Source: Octopus bimaculoides | Lineage: Eukaryota | DNA length: 33,456 bases | NCBI RefSeq assembly: GCF_001194135.2 | Contig: NC_068999.1 | Location: 13,892,239-13,925,694 of the forward strand | Direction of reading: 5' to 3' | Shown: piece by piece, positions 1 through 11,211 of the stretch | How positions within the stretch are numbered: position 1 is the first letter of the stretch | Layout: each line of letters starts with the position of its first letter | Made by a program: the position numbers and the translations under genes | Notes under the pieces: generated by a model | Told to the model about the DNA's origin: nothing | The model's database searches: none | What the model saw: only the letters and a program-made list of their open reading frames with translations

Positions 1-32
<32 letters not shown>

Positions 33-48
33 GCACAGCGCGCGCGCA
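1..48. repeat. (AT)n microsatellite followed by short (CG)n run
   Basis: Seen directly: (AT)14 then acgcacagcgcgcgcgc. Confidence 0.95.
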
Positions 49-666
49 AATTGACGCAGTTTTCAATGCTATAATTCTGAATGCTTAGTGTTGCCATATT
101 ATTGCATCATAGGGAAGGATTTATGTCGCAGAGAAATTTTAATTACTGCTATAGGGAGCGCCAATTAGTCTATGTTGTAGATTTGATATTACAGACATTA
201 TATGAATTTAAGATATTACGGAGAAAATGATCATTAAATTACACCCTGTATGGTATCACATAGCTATACTCATATACAAATGCATACGTATACACACATC
301 TTCATACAAAGCTATTCGCTCTCTAATATGCACACATGGTAGCTTATTCTTTGTATGTGTGTGTGCGTGTATTTATGTTTTATGTGCATAAGAGTTTGTC
401 AAATACTGATTGTAAAATGAACTAGTAGTTTTTGGCGATAAGTTTAAATGCTCATCTGAATTATTTTAAATTATTTCCTTTAATATGCTCCAATTAAAAT
501 TATTGTTTAGATATTATATTGGAAATTTATGGTGGTTAGCCTTCATCGAAATTCTCTTTAAATGTGAAAAAATGGAAAATTAAACTATATTCTAATGTTT
601 TCAGCCAGTGAATTACATACGATTGCATTTCTCCCAATGTTTGTCCAGTGGCCCCGCAATGGATTT

Positions 667-754
667 TTCTTAAGGTATAAAACAAATTCTGTTGGATGCA
701 TTATTTTATACCTAATTCTTGAGGTATAAAACTAATTCTGTTGTATGCATTATT
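667..754 (+). repeat. ~49-bp-period local tandem duplication with inverted 10-mer in the spacer
   Basis: aggtataaaacaaattctgttggatgcattatt (673-705) recurs as aggtataaaactaattctgttgtatgcattatt (722-754). ttttatacct (704-713) is the reverse complement of aggtataaaa. Confidence 0.85.
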
Positions 755-3719
755 GGAGTGACAACAATTCTCTGTATATTTACTTTATATATCGCCCCGA
801 TCTTATTCCCACCCAAACCTATGACTGACATTCATATCGACAGCCTCGAAAGTATTTACGTCCCGCATATACGGAACACCTGTTCTTCTTCCCAGTGTTT
901 TTTACCATTAGGATTCTATGAGAAGAAAGAAAATAATTGAAGTGCGTCCATAGCTTCAAGAAGCTAGATTTCACCACCTTAGCACATGATCAACATTATC
1001 TTTTAAAGAGGTATTTGATGATTAGAAAGTGTTCCCATTGATCGGATTTGAACAGGGCTAAGAACACTTTTCCTTTTATATGTGAAACATTGCCGTATAG
1101 GTATATAGGTATTTATAAATGTATGCGTATAGGTGACAAAAATACTTGTGATCCCAAACATTTACAGATCTATAAATATATACCGATACGCTCACACACG
1201 CATGCACACTCACGTATCTTTATATATATATATATATATATNNNNNNNNNNNNNNNNNNNNNNNNNNNNNNNNNNNNNNNNNNNNNNNNNNNNNNNNNNN
1301 NNNNNNNNNNNNNNNNNNNNNNNNNNNNNNNNNNNNNNNNNNNNNNNNNNNNNNNNNNNNNNNNNNNNNNNNNNNNNNNNNNNNNNNNNNNNNNNNNNNN
1401 NNNNNNNNNNNNNNNNNNNNNNNNNNNNNNNNNNNNNNNNNNNNNNNNNNNNNNNNNNNNNNNNNNNNNNNNNNNNNNNNNNNNNNNNNNNNNNNNNNNN
1501 NNNNNNNNNNNNNNNNNNNNNNNNNNNNNNNNNNNNNNNNNNNNNNNNNNNNNNNNNNNNNNNNNNNNNNNNNNNNNNNNNNNNNNNNNNNNNNNNNNNN
1601 NNNNNNNNNNNNNNNNNTATATATAATTATTTATAAAAACGCACACGCGCATACACATACACAAGCATATATTCATGCAAACATAAATTAATAAGAGATG
1701 GCTAGCATTCTACCAGCGCAGAAGATTGTAGAGGTACGGGTATTCATAAAAACCTATTATCGTTATTAATAAAGTCTCAAGCTGTTAGAAAATTGCTTTA
1801 CTCGGTTAAAAACTTCCACCGTACAAGATTGATATATCGATTCTTTATATTCCAAATTCCGCTCACTTTATTGTTAAAGGAAATGGGTGCAAATCGAAGA
1901 AAACGATCTATTTCCGATTGCTTTTAATTCTTTTAGTCACAACAGGATTATAATCATAGCTTTTACATAATATTTGGAAAATAATTTATTGTCTATCTGG
2001 AAGCAGTAAAAATTAGTGGAAATGATAGAATCTGTGAATGATTTGCACACTCTCACAAGAACGTTGATGGAATCTTATGTATTCTAATGTCACACCATCG
2101 GAATTTCTATAATATTATGCCATTTCATCTCTTTTGAACGGAAATCAATTTTCGTTAGATGAGCTCCAAGACACTAGTTCTTATTTGTATGTATATTTTT
2201 TTCAGCAGAAAATAAATTCCCGATGAAAGAGCATTATAGTTAATTCGATTTGCCATTCATGAATACATTTAAAGCAAGCATTCTTTATGAAGGGATTTCA
2301 ATCTATTATATATTGCTGCGAACATGATATGCGTAATTTAACTAACGGAAAGTTATTTATATTATAAAAAGTAAGAAGAAAACCCAGATGAGATCGAGAT
2401 AAAATGATTTGATTACTGAAATTAATAACCTTGAAAATGTAAAAATAAGAACGTACTAAAAATTACAAAAAGAATGTGAAATTGTGACAATCAACTCCCC
2501 CAAGTACAGTGATAATGACAGCTTATAGTTTCAGAAATTCACATGTAAAAAATGTATCTACACTGCCGAGAAAATAACGCACGCAAACACACACAAACGT
2601 TATTCCAAAGCCACCTTACACACATCTGCTAGGATTACCAGCAACATTTCCCTTTGAGGCATATATTTCTCTCTTACAAGTAGTTGGCTCTGCAGAACTG
2701 CAGTTATAATACAAAAAGAACAAAAAAACTTCAGTGGTCATTGATATAACTGATTCAAGCATTAATATGTATGCTGAGATTACTTCGGGGCATTCCAGCA
2801 AGCATCAATATATTTCATTACTGCTTGTCAGAAATCTCCCTTGTTTCCACAGTCTTCCTCTCTCTCCCACTCTCACTCTCCCCTTCTCTCCCCTTATCTC
2901 TCTCGCTNNNNNNNNNNNNNNNNNNNNNNNNNNNNNNNNNNNNNNNNNNNNNNNNNNNNNNNNNNNNNNNNNNNNNNNNNNNNNNNNNNNNNNNNNNNNN
3001 NNNNNNNNNNNNNNNNNNNNNNNNNNNNNNNNNNNNNNNNNNNNNNNNNNNNNNNNNNNNNNNNNNNNNNNNNNNNNNNNNNNGTATGCGTATCTATATT
3101 TATATACACACACATATATATATATAGGTATCATATGCATATTTATATATATATACATATATGTATATATATATAAATATGCATATGATACCTATATATA
3201 TATATGTGTGTGTATATAAATATAGATACGCATACCGCCCCCCCCCACACACACACATAAGTATACATATGTATACACTTCATCCTCTTCAGAGTTTCAT
3301 TTTCGAGAAAACATTGGCCGTCCAGTAGAAAAAGAAAAACATACAGGGAAGTATATAACGCGTTTATTGGCAAAAGCGTAAATGTCGAATTAGCATAACT
3401 TTGGAATGAGATATATTGACACATCTACAGAACTTATTCCTCGGGGAGTAAGAAACATTTTCTACGTATGTAGTCCTTTAAACACCAGAGAATGTAAAAC
3501 GGCATTCCATCGGAAATTCTGTTTTTGCGTGGTTACATTCACACACAAAGAAGCCGGCGCGTATGTATATACATATATGTATATTAATAGATACATGCAC
3601 ACACACACCTATACACACATACATTCATATAACACACGCGCGCACACATATCTATAGTTATTTACATAAAAGATGTTTACGTGTGAGTATATATACATAT
3701 GTTAATATAAACATATATT

Positions 3720-3834
3720 TATACGTGTGTGTGTGTGGTGTCAGTGTGAGTCTGTGTGCGTGAGTTCCTGTGTGTGTATGTGTGTGTCTGTGTGTTCCAA
3801 ATTGTGTGTGTGTGTACGTTAGTGAGTGTGTGTA

Positions 3835-3875
<41 letters not shown>
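3720..3875. repeat. imperfect (TG)n microsatellite
   Basis: Seen directly. Confidence 0.95.
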
Positions 3876-4978
3876 TCATACGATTGTATATTTAATTGGA
3901 AATGTTGACACTGGCAAGCGAGGATTCGGTTTACTTGCTGTCATGTGATAAACTCGAATGAGGAAAATAGGCTGAATGCAGAATTAAGTCTTCACCAGGT
4001 ATACGTATTTTTGTAAGCTTCCTTTTGTGGTGGGCATATATTTTTGCCAGTATAATAGTGCCTAAGATAACTTTAGTCGGAACTTTGCATTATGAAGCAT
4101 TGTAGTATAACTAAGTTTCCATCACAATTATATTCAGATGAATGAGATAAAATTACAAAAGTCTATGAATCACTGACGAAATAAATACTTCATGCACTGA
4201 AGTTGTTTGATTTAGAGAAAAAATACATTAATGTTAATGGGGAGTGTTTCAGAAATTGCAATAGCCAGATACGAATTAAGGAAGAAACCCAAATTAAATT
4301 AGGTCAGTTCAAATTCCATTGTTAGGGGACACATCTAAGCTATATTTAAATAGTTAAATGACAATTACGGGTTTATTTAACTATGATCAGTCTACATTGC
4401 TGTGAATAAATATGTCGAGCAGAAGTGAATGCATGCAATGAAAGTGTACTAGTGGTAACAGACGGATATGATATTACTTTGCCTTATATAAATAATTAGA
4501 TTTATGCCAGAAGAGAATTCGATCTTTTGTAAAAATGGATGCTTTGCGTTTTATTCGAAATCACAGGAAAAGCATAGCGATCCGAATATTAAACGTCGAT
4601 TCTTACATCGTTTTAAGATTCTACATTTTTTTCATTATTACAACTCAATATAACTGGAATATTTTTTTGTGGTGAAGCAAGTTTCATTACTTCATTTCCA
4701 GTTCATTTCAAGATAACGGTTCGGTACAATGCATGACGATTGCTCTATTTAAATGTATGTTGCTTCCGTCCATCATCTCTCTTCCATTAAGCGATATGAG
4801 TGTACGTCTGTTCACACTGAAATGTAAGTATGCGTGCGAGTGTGTATTTTTTAATAAATATATATTTCGACGTGTGTGTGTGTGTTTGTGCGTGTGTGTG
4901 TGTGTGAGCGCGTGTGTGGGTATGTATGGGTGTACACAAGAATGTATATATTATATTTGCATGTATGCGAGGGTATGT

Positions 4979-5023
<45 letters not shown>

Positions 5024-5125
5024 NNNNNNNNNNNNNNNNNNNNNNNNNNNNNNNNNNNNNNNNNNNNNNNNNNNNNNNNNNNNNNNNNNNNNNNNNNNNN
5101 NNNNNNNNNNNNNNNNNNNNNNNNN

Positions 5126-5162
<37 letters not shown>

Positions 5163-5190
5163 TATGTGTGCGTGTTTTTGTGTGTTTTAA

Positions 5191-5480
5191 CGGGACGACG
5201 CTTGGCCTCCGAGACATCAGACTCGGCAATGACACCCCGGTTTCGAACCATTTCCTTTCTACTAGTCATTAACTACAACGTTTGTGCCCCGACTGTCATT
5301 GCCAAGGGGCCATCCGGACTCCCGACTTCGCCGTGAGCAGTATTTCTCTCTTCCCTCCTGTGCCTCTCCTCCTCACCTCATCTGACTCCCCTTCTCTCCG
5401 CTCTTATTCTCAGACCTACTTCCTCTCATTACCCTTACCAACCGTCACTCTTCCTTGATACCATGCCTAACGCACATAAA
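5191..5480 (+). mobile_element. Penelope-like retroelement remnant (C-terminal GIY-YIG endonuclease plus pyrimidine-rich 3' region)
   Basis: Translates to LRDIRLGNDTPVSNHFLSTSH, then after a frameshift to LSLPRGHPDSRLRREQYF. This fits the pattern I recall for Penelope EN C-termini (H.RDI....PV..HF....H ... R...EQ..IF). A C/T-rich tail follows. Confidence 0.7.
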
Positions 5481-5807
5481 TGTCTGTCCGCTCATATGAT
5501 ATTATAACATTTTTATTTTTGCTGGTTGATAAATCTACAAAATATTGACTTCACAAAGAACAGTCAAATCAAGTTTCACGCGTGTTTTGAAGGAGGAATC
5601 CAAACCATAGCACCAACCAAAAAGAGTCAAAGAGTTTCAGACTGGTGCATCTGCACCATTCTTACAATTCAGAAGTGTTGGATTTCATGTTTAAGGTTGG
5701 CAACGTAATTATAACCAAAAGTCATTGCATCTTCACAGCATTATTTATCAAAAAACAATGAAAAAAAATGTATCACATTGCATTCAATAAAATTCCTTAT
5801 CGTACAG

Positions 5808-5859
5808 AATTAAGGATAGTGTGGAGAAACACAGAGTCCTCGCCTTATCCACGAGCGGG
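5808..5859 (+). CDS. candidate internal exon A (52 nt), unknown protein
   Basis: Acceptor ttccttatcgtacAG, strong donor GGG|GTAAGT. Open as IKDSVEKHRVLALSTSG (phase 2 to 0) or ELRIVWRNTESSPYPRA (phase 1 to 2). Confidence 0.45.
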
Positions 5860-6138
5860 GTAAGTAGGGCCATGTTTGAAATCTTGTATGGAGTTTCGAA
5901 TTTTGGCTTTCTCAGAAAGTGCAAGCGAGCTGTGACTAAACTATAATATAAACAACAGTTTGTGCTAGAGTGTAAGTGAATCGCAATCCGAACGGACGTG
6001 GTGTTGATGAAGATAAAGTCATGGTTTTAGAAATACTTCATGATTCGGTCAAACGAGTCAATTCGAAAAATGAATAATGCTGCAAGTAAATGACTCGCAA
6101 ACTCATCGATCGGTTGTATTACCATACTCTGTGCGTGT

Positions 6139-6420
6139 ATACATGGCCTAGTGTTTAGGATGTTGCACACACGATCACGAAATCGTAGTTTCAGTTCTTA
6201 GACTGGGTGGCAAGTTGTGTACCTGAGCAAAGCAATTTAAATCACGTTGATCTGCGATCACTTTGACACCTTACGCGCGAAACACCCTGTACCGGTTCAA
6301 CCATCGTCCAATTGTTGGAGGTAGTGAGCACAAACATTCGATGACTATAAACAAAACCTTTTTGCTTGTCGTTCGGTTAAAGCTGAACATTCACACGTCG
6401 TCTTCAACGGGAGAGTCCAT
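6139..6420 (+). mobile_element. tRNA-derived SINE (octopod type), near full length, followed by (CA)n
   Basis: A-box-like TGGCCTAGTGTTTAGG, degenerate B box, central gtgtacctgagcaaagca motif, and a 3' end gtcgtcttcaacgggagagtccat abutting (CA)n at 6421-6461. Confidence 0.8.
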
Positions 6421-6428
6421 CACACACA

Positions 6429-6462
<34 letters not shown>

Positions 6463-7116
6463 TTTGTTTCAGTTTCTTATGGTGTGTGTCCATATTTAAG
6501 TAAGACGTGATTATCAAACATTAAATCTGTGTCTTAAATTTTCAATCTTTCAACGTGAATTTTTTTTTCTATCTACGAGGTGCACTCTGCGAAAGCATCT
6601 GGTAAATGCTCCTTGACATTAGAAGTCAGAGAATCACACAGTTATGCATAATGTATTTTAAAGCAAAAAATCCTTGCATAAAATTACAATTCTAAAACAC
6701 ATGAATATTCAAAAGGACAAAAGTATTCAACATAGCATTGCTACGCATTAAGTAACACTATAATTATAGCTCTTAACATAACACTGAAACAAGAACACAA
6801 GTAAGATACAACCAAATTTCTTACTAAGCATTTTACCTTTAAGGCATCCTGGCCTTTATACAATTGGAAATAGATGCAAAGTCTGATGAATATGTTGAAT
6901 ACTGTCATATTGCTATTCACAAATTACTAGAATTCTTATATTGAAGAAACTACATATATGTGTCTCTGTATATATATATATATATATNNNNNNNNNNNNN
7001 NNNNNNNNNNNNNNNNNNNNNNNNNNNNNNNNNNNNNNNNNNNNNNNNNNNNNNNNNNNNNNNNNNNNNNNNNNNNNNNNNNNNNNNNNNNNNNNNNNNN
7101 NNNNNNNNNNNNNNNN

Positions 7117-7154
<38 letters not shown>

Positions 7155-9120
7155 GTGTGGGTGTGTGGGTGTCAGTGTGTGTGTGTGTGTTTGTATACAC
7201 ACAAATATATATCATATAGGTTGATATATACCATGATTTTACTTTACTGGTTGAACGACAGCAACATCCGTTTGTTCTCAACATGCAAGTGTCACTAAGT
7301 AATCGATATTTCACATCTTCGTATGTTTTGGACTAATACGAATTTCTTGATATAGATAGATACATAAGATACATAAGATACATACATGTATACATACATA
7401 CATGTATAGATACATACATGTATATATATANNNNNNNNNNNNNNNNNNNNNNNNNNNNNNNNNNNNNNNNNNNNNNNNNNNNNNNNNNNNNNNNNNNNNN
7501 NNNNNNNNNNNNNNNNNNNNNNNNNNNNNNNNNNNNNNNNNNNNNNNNNNNNNNNNNNNNNNNNNNNNNNNNNNNNNNNNNNNNNNNNNNNNNNNNNNNN
7601 NNNNNNNNNNNNNNNNNNNNNNNNNNNNNNNNNNNNNNNNNNNNNNNNNNNNNNNNNNNNNNNNNNNNNNNNNNNNNNNNNNNNNNNNNNNNNNNNNNNN
7701 NNNNNNNNNNNNNNNNNNNNNNNNNNNNNNNNNNNNNNNNNNNNNNNNNNNNNNNNNNNNNNNNNNNNNNNNNNNNNNNNNNNNNNNNNNNNNNNNNNNN
7801 NNNNNNNNNNNNNNNNNNNNNNNNNNNNNNNNNNNNNNNNNNNNNNNNNNNNNNNNNNNNNNNNNNNNNNNNNNNNNNNNNNNNNNNNNNNNNNNNNNNN
7901 NNNNNNNNNNNNNNNNNNNNNNNNNNNNNNNNNNNNNNNNNNNNNNNNNNNNNNNNNNNNNNNNNNNNNNNNNNNNNNNNNNNNNNNNNNNNNNNNNNNN
8001 NNNNNNNNNNNNNNNNNNNNNNNNNNNNNNNNNNNNNNNNNNNNNNNNNNNTATCAGTTGTTACACAAACATGTGCCCACATTTATGGATATAGAAGCAG
8101 ACCTTAATATTAATAGACAAAAGATTGATACTGTGACAGATAAATACATAACGAAATGAAAGAAAAGCATTTCAATGTAGGCACCAAAAAAGTAATTCCT
8201 TTCTTCTCTTTTGAGACCAAATTACATTAAATTGTACATAAATTTAGAGACTGATATTTGGCTTTCTATATGAAATATTTCGAATATATTGACAGTCTGT
8301 CTATAATGCGAGGCATTCATTGAAACTTAATTAAGATTGTATATGTGTTTTAGGTGGTCATTTTATTTTGCTTCTAAAAAAAATATTGTATATTTTTTTT
8401 TTACAATTCAAATATATATTATTAAATCAGAAATAAAGGTAAGCAAATTTCTAAGGATATCAGAAATGCTTTGTATGCATCACCATTGATTGGCAACATA
8501 CGTTTGAATACATATTCAATATTTACCAATCATATATATTGCATTATGCACACGTAAATATGATTACACGAATGCTATTTGTATTGACGTAATTACATTT
8601 TTAAACAGTTTCTAACTTATACATTTTACATTAAAAGTTTTTTCAATTGAAATTAAAATTAAAATTACTACCGAGACGCCGTTAATTCTTGAAAACACAT
8701 GTATTATGGTAAATAAATACATCCATGTTGTTCAATGAATTACGCGAAGCGACATTTTGTTGCAATATGTGTACTGAAAGAGAATACGATAGAATATGTA
8801 AATGAAATATGATGAAGTGTGTTATTCTACGTTACATGTTCATTGAGAAGATGTTACAATTTGGTAAACAGTCCATTGAAAATAAATGGCAGGGTTATGA
8901 AAAGCACCATATGAAATACAGTACCTATTATCAGTATTCTATTCTTCTCTTTATTCACGTATATTTATGTATAATAATAATAACCATTCCATGTTTCCAA
9001 CCAATTCACGTGTACTTTGTCGTCATATTGTTATGGTCTCAGGTAATGTTACCTCGACTCAAACCAACACATACGTTAACTCAAACAGACATTTATGTTT
9101 ACAAAATCATACATGTGTCT

Positions 9121-9131
9121 GTCTCTCTTTC

Positions 9132-9168
<37 letters not shown>

Positions 9169-9200
9169 GTCTATCTCTCTATCTCCCTTTCTCTCTCTAT
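9121..9200. repeat. (CT)n microsatellite
   Basis: Seen directly. Confidence 0.95.
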
Positions 9201-9679
9201 CTGTATATATATNNNNNNNNNNNNNNNNNNNNNNNNNNNNNNNNNNNNNNNNNNNNNNNNNNNNNNNNNNNNNNNNNNNNNNNNNNNNNNNNNNNNNNNN
9301 NNNNNNNNNNNNNNNNNNNNNNNNNNNNNNNNNNNNNNNNNNNNNNNNNNNNNNNNNNNNNNNNNNNNNNNNNNNNNNNNNNNNNNNNNNNNNNNNNNNN
9401 NNNNNNNNNNNNNNNNNNNNNNNNNNNNNNNNNNNNNNNNNNNNNNNNNNNNNNNNNNNNNNNNNNNNNNNNNNNNNNNNNNNNNNNNNNNNNNNNNNNN
9501 NNNNNNNNNNNNNNNNNNNNNNNNNNNNNNNNNNNNNNNNNNNNNNNNNNNNNNNNNNNNNNNNNNNNNNNNNNNNNNNNNNNNNNNNNNNNNNNNNNNN
9601 NNNNNNNNNNNNNNNNNNATATATATGATATATATGAATGTATATATATGTGGATGTATAAATATATATCTATACTCAC

Positions 9680-9735
9680 GGTAGTGCACCAGCATGACCG
9701 CAGCCACTTGGCTGAAACACATAAATAAATAAAAA
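9680..9735 (+). mobile_element. SINE 3' terminal fragment
   Basis: ggtagtgcaccagcatgaccgcagccacttggctgaaacacataaataaataaaa resembles the 3' end of the SINE at 28737-29185 (tatgaccgcagtccaatgattgacggaagcaaaa). Confidence 0.7.
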
Positions 9736-10079
9736 ATACGTGTATGTATATATATATATATATATGTATTATATGCGGAGAGAGGGGAGACAGAGAAAGT
9801 GAGAGCCGAATTGTGAATGGGGAAATATGCCAGAGAAAACCTAACTTCCTCTAAGTTATAAAATCAAATCTTCCACAACAAGATATACAAGAGAATATGT
9901 GGTCGTGATCAATGCATTTAATAGAAACTAAATTCCTAGGTAGACATGCGCAAATGTTATTAAAGAAAATGTGCGTGGAAATGTCAGAATTCCATTAAAA
10001 GCAGTATAGTTTTACTGATTAGCTTCCGTTTACTCAAATTTCCATTCTTTTACTTCTCTTCTTTTTTCTTCTTCCCTTT

Positions 10080-10254
10080 CTTGTTTTTTTGTCTTCTTGT
10101 TCTTGTTCTTGATCTTGTTCTTTTTGTGCTTGTTCTTGTGCTTGTTCTTGTGCTTGTTCTTCTTCTTCTTCTTCTTCTTCTTCTTCTTCTTCTTCTTCTT
10201 CTTCTTCTTCTTCTTCTTCTTCTTCTTCTTCTTCTTCTTCTTCTTCTTCTTCTT

Positions 10255-10285
<31 letters not shown>

Positions 10286-10286
10286 A

Positions 10287-10334
<48 letters not shown>

Positions 10335-10345
10335 CAGTATTATTA

Positions 10346-10404
<59 letters not shown>

Positions 10405-10431
10405 ATTATTATTATTATTATTATTATTATT
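10080..10431. repeat. compound microsatellite: (CTTGTT/CTTGTG)-like, then (CTT)~42, then (ATT)~48
   Basis: Seen directly: (CTT)n at ~10157-10284 and (ATT)n at ~10287-10431 with few interruptions. Confidence 0.97.
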
Positions 10432-10870
10432 TTCTTCGTTGTATTCTGGTTACTTTACTTCCCAGAAGATATTCAACATACAAGTAGCACAGTCTCTAAA
10501 TCCTACCTATCCCCAACAGAGCAGTTTTTTGGGCATCCCCTAGTTTGATATGATCTCAGATTTCCCTTTCATATTCCTCGAACTTGATTGTTAGTGCTCT
10601 GAGTGCCCCTACAACTACTAGGATGACAGTCACTCTTCTTATAGTCCACATTCTTTTAGCAGTCTGTACTTTTCAAACTTTTCTACGTCTTCCTAACTTA
10701 CTCGTGCATCCTTAGGTTTTGCAAAATCTATAATCTTGATTTCCTTTTCTCCTTTATAAATCAAAATTATATCTGGCATCAATTAGAGTGTCACATTGAA
10801 CTGCAAAATCCCACAGTATCTTTCAACTCGTGTTTTCAGTGACGCTTTCTGATTCATGTTCCTACTATTT
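10432..10870 (-). mobile_element. 5'-truncated R4/Dong-like (REL-endonuclease) non-LTR retrotransposon remnant with (TAA)n tail
   Basis: Minus-strand translation with stops and frameshifts: EHESESVTEN..KILWDFAVQCDTLIDAR / KEIKIIDFAKPKDARV..EKFEKY / MWTIRRVTVILVVVGALRAL...DAQKTALLGIGRI. This is the typical REL C-terminus (ILWDF..QTD....ARRPD; IID.A.P.D; V.VIP.V.GALG; LQKTALLGTARI), followed by (TAA)n. Confidence 0.88.
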
Positions 10871-10871
10871 C

Positions 10872-10965
10872 GTATCATTATCATTATCATTATAATCATC
10901 AGAGTCATCATCGTCTTCTTCTTCATCATCACCAACGATGCCGTCACCACCGCCACCGCCACCAA
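10872..10965. repeat. degenerate (TCAT/CAT/CAC)n low-complexity tract
   Basis: tatcattatcattatcattataatcatc...catcatcaccaacgatgccgtcaccaccgccacc. Confidence 0.85.
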
Positions 10966-11002
10966 CTGTTTCAACTGTTGAATCATTCCTGTCACAGCAT
11001 GG

Positions 11003-11211
11003 GACCTTGAAGACTGCTAAAATGCACAAAAGTATATTAGTCCTTTCATAGTCAATATTTAACATTTAACATTCAATATTTCATTTATTCAATAAGACAA
11101 TTAATACTTCATTTCATTTTACTATATATATACTGTATGTTCTATATCCTACATTAATATTATAAGAAAATAAATAAAACACAAAAAATAAAGTTGGAAT
11201 TCTTTGAATAA
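11003..11211 (+). mobile_element. interspersed repeat, second copy of the 3' part of the Sola-like element at 23383-23597
   Basis: Collinear blocks shared with 23383-23597: gaccttgaagact; ttcaataagacaat.aatacttcatttcattttact; ctatatcctacatta; ataaataaaaca; ttggaattc.tttgaat. Confidence 0.8.

Noticed and set aside
601-960. Minus-strand peptides vaguely like Penelope GIY-YIG (GATGQTLGE; EEEQVFRICGT)
   Set aside because: The motifs are in the wrong order and too short to support a call.
3293-3447. Upstream exon candidates (EFHFRENIGRP...LLAKA; NLFLG) that could precede exon A
   Set aside because: Two mutually exclusive options with weaker splice sites, which cannot be distinguished from sequence alone.
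6883-6915. Hammerhead-like CTGATGA followed by an aatatg/catatt stem
   Set aside because: No GAAA after the stem and no stems I or III.
10081-10548. Poly-L/F/I ORFs resembling membrane proteins (and the poly-N/I ORFs at 32377-32688)
   Set aside because: Translations of (CTT)n, (ATT)n and (AAT)n microsatellites.
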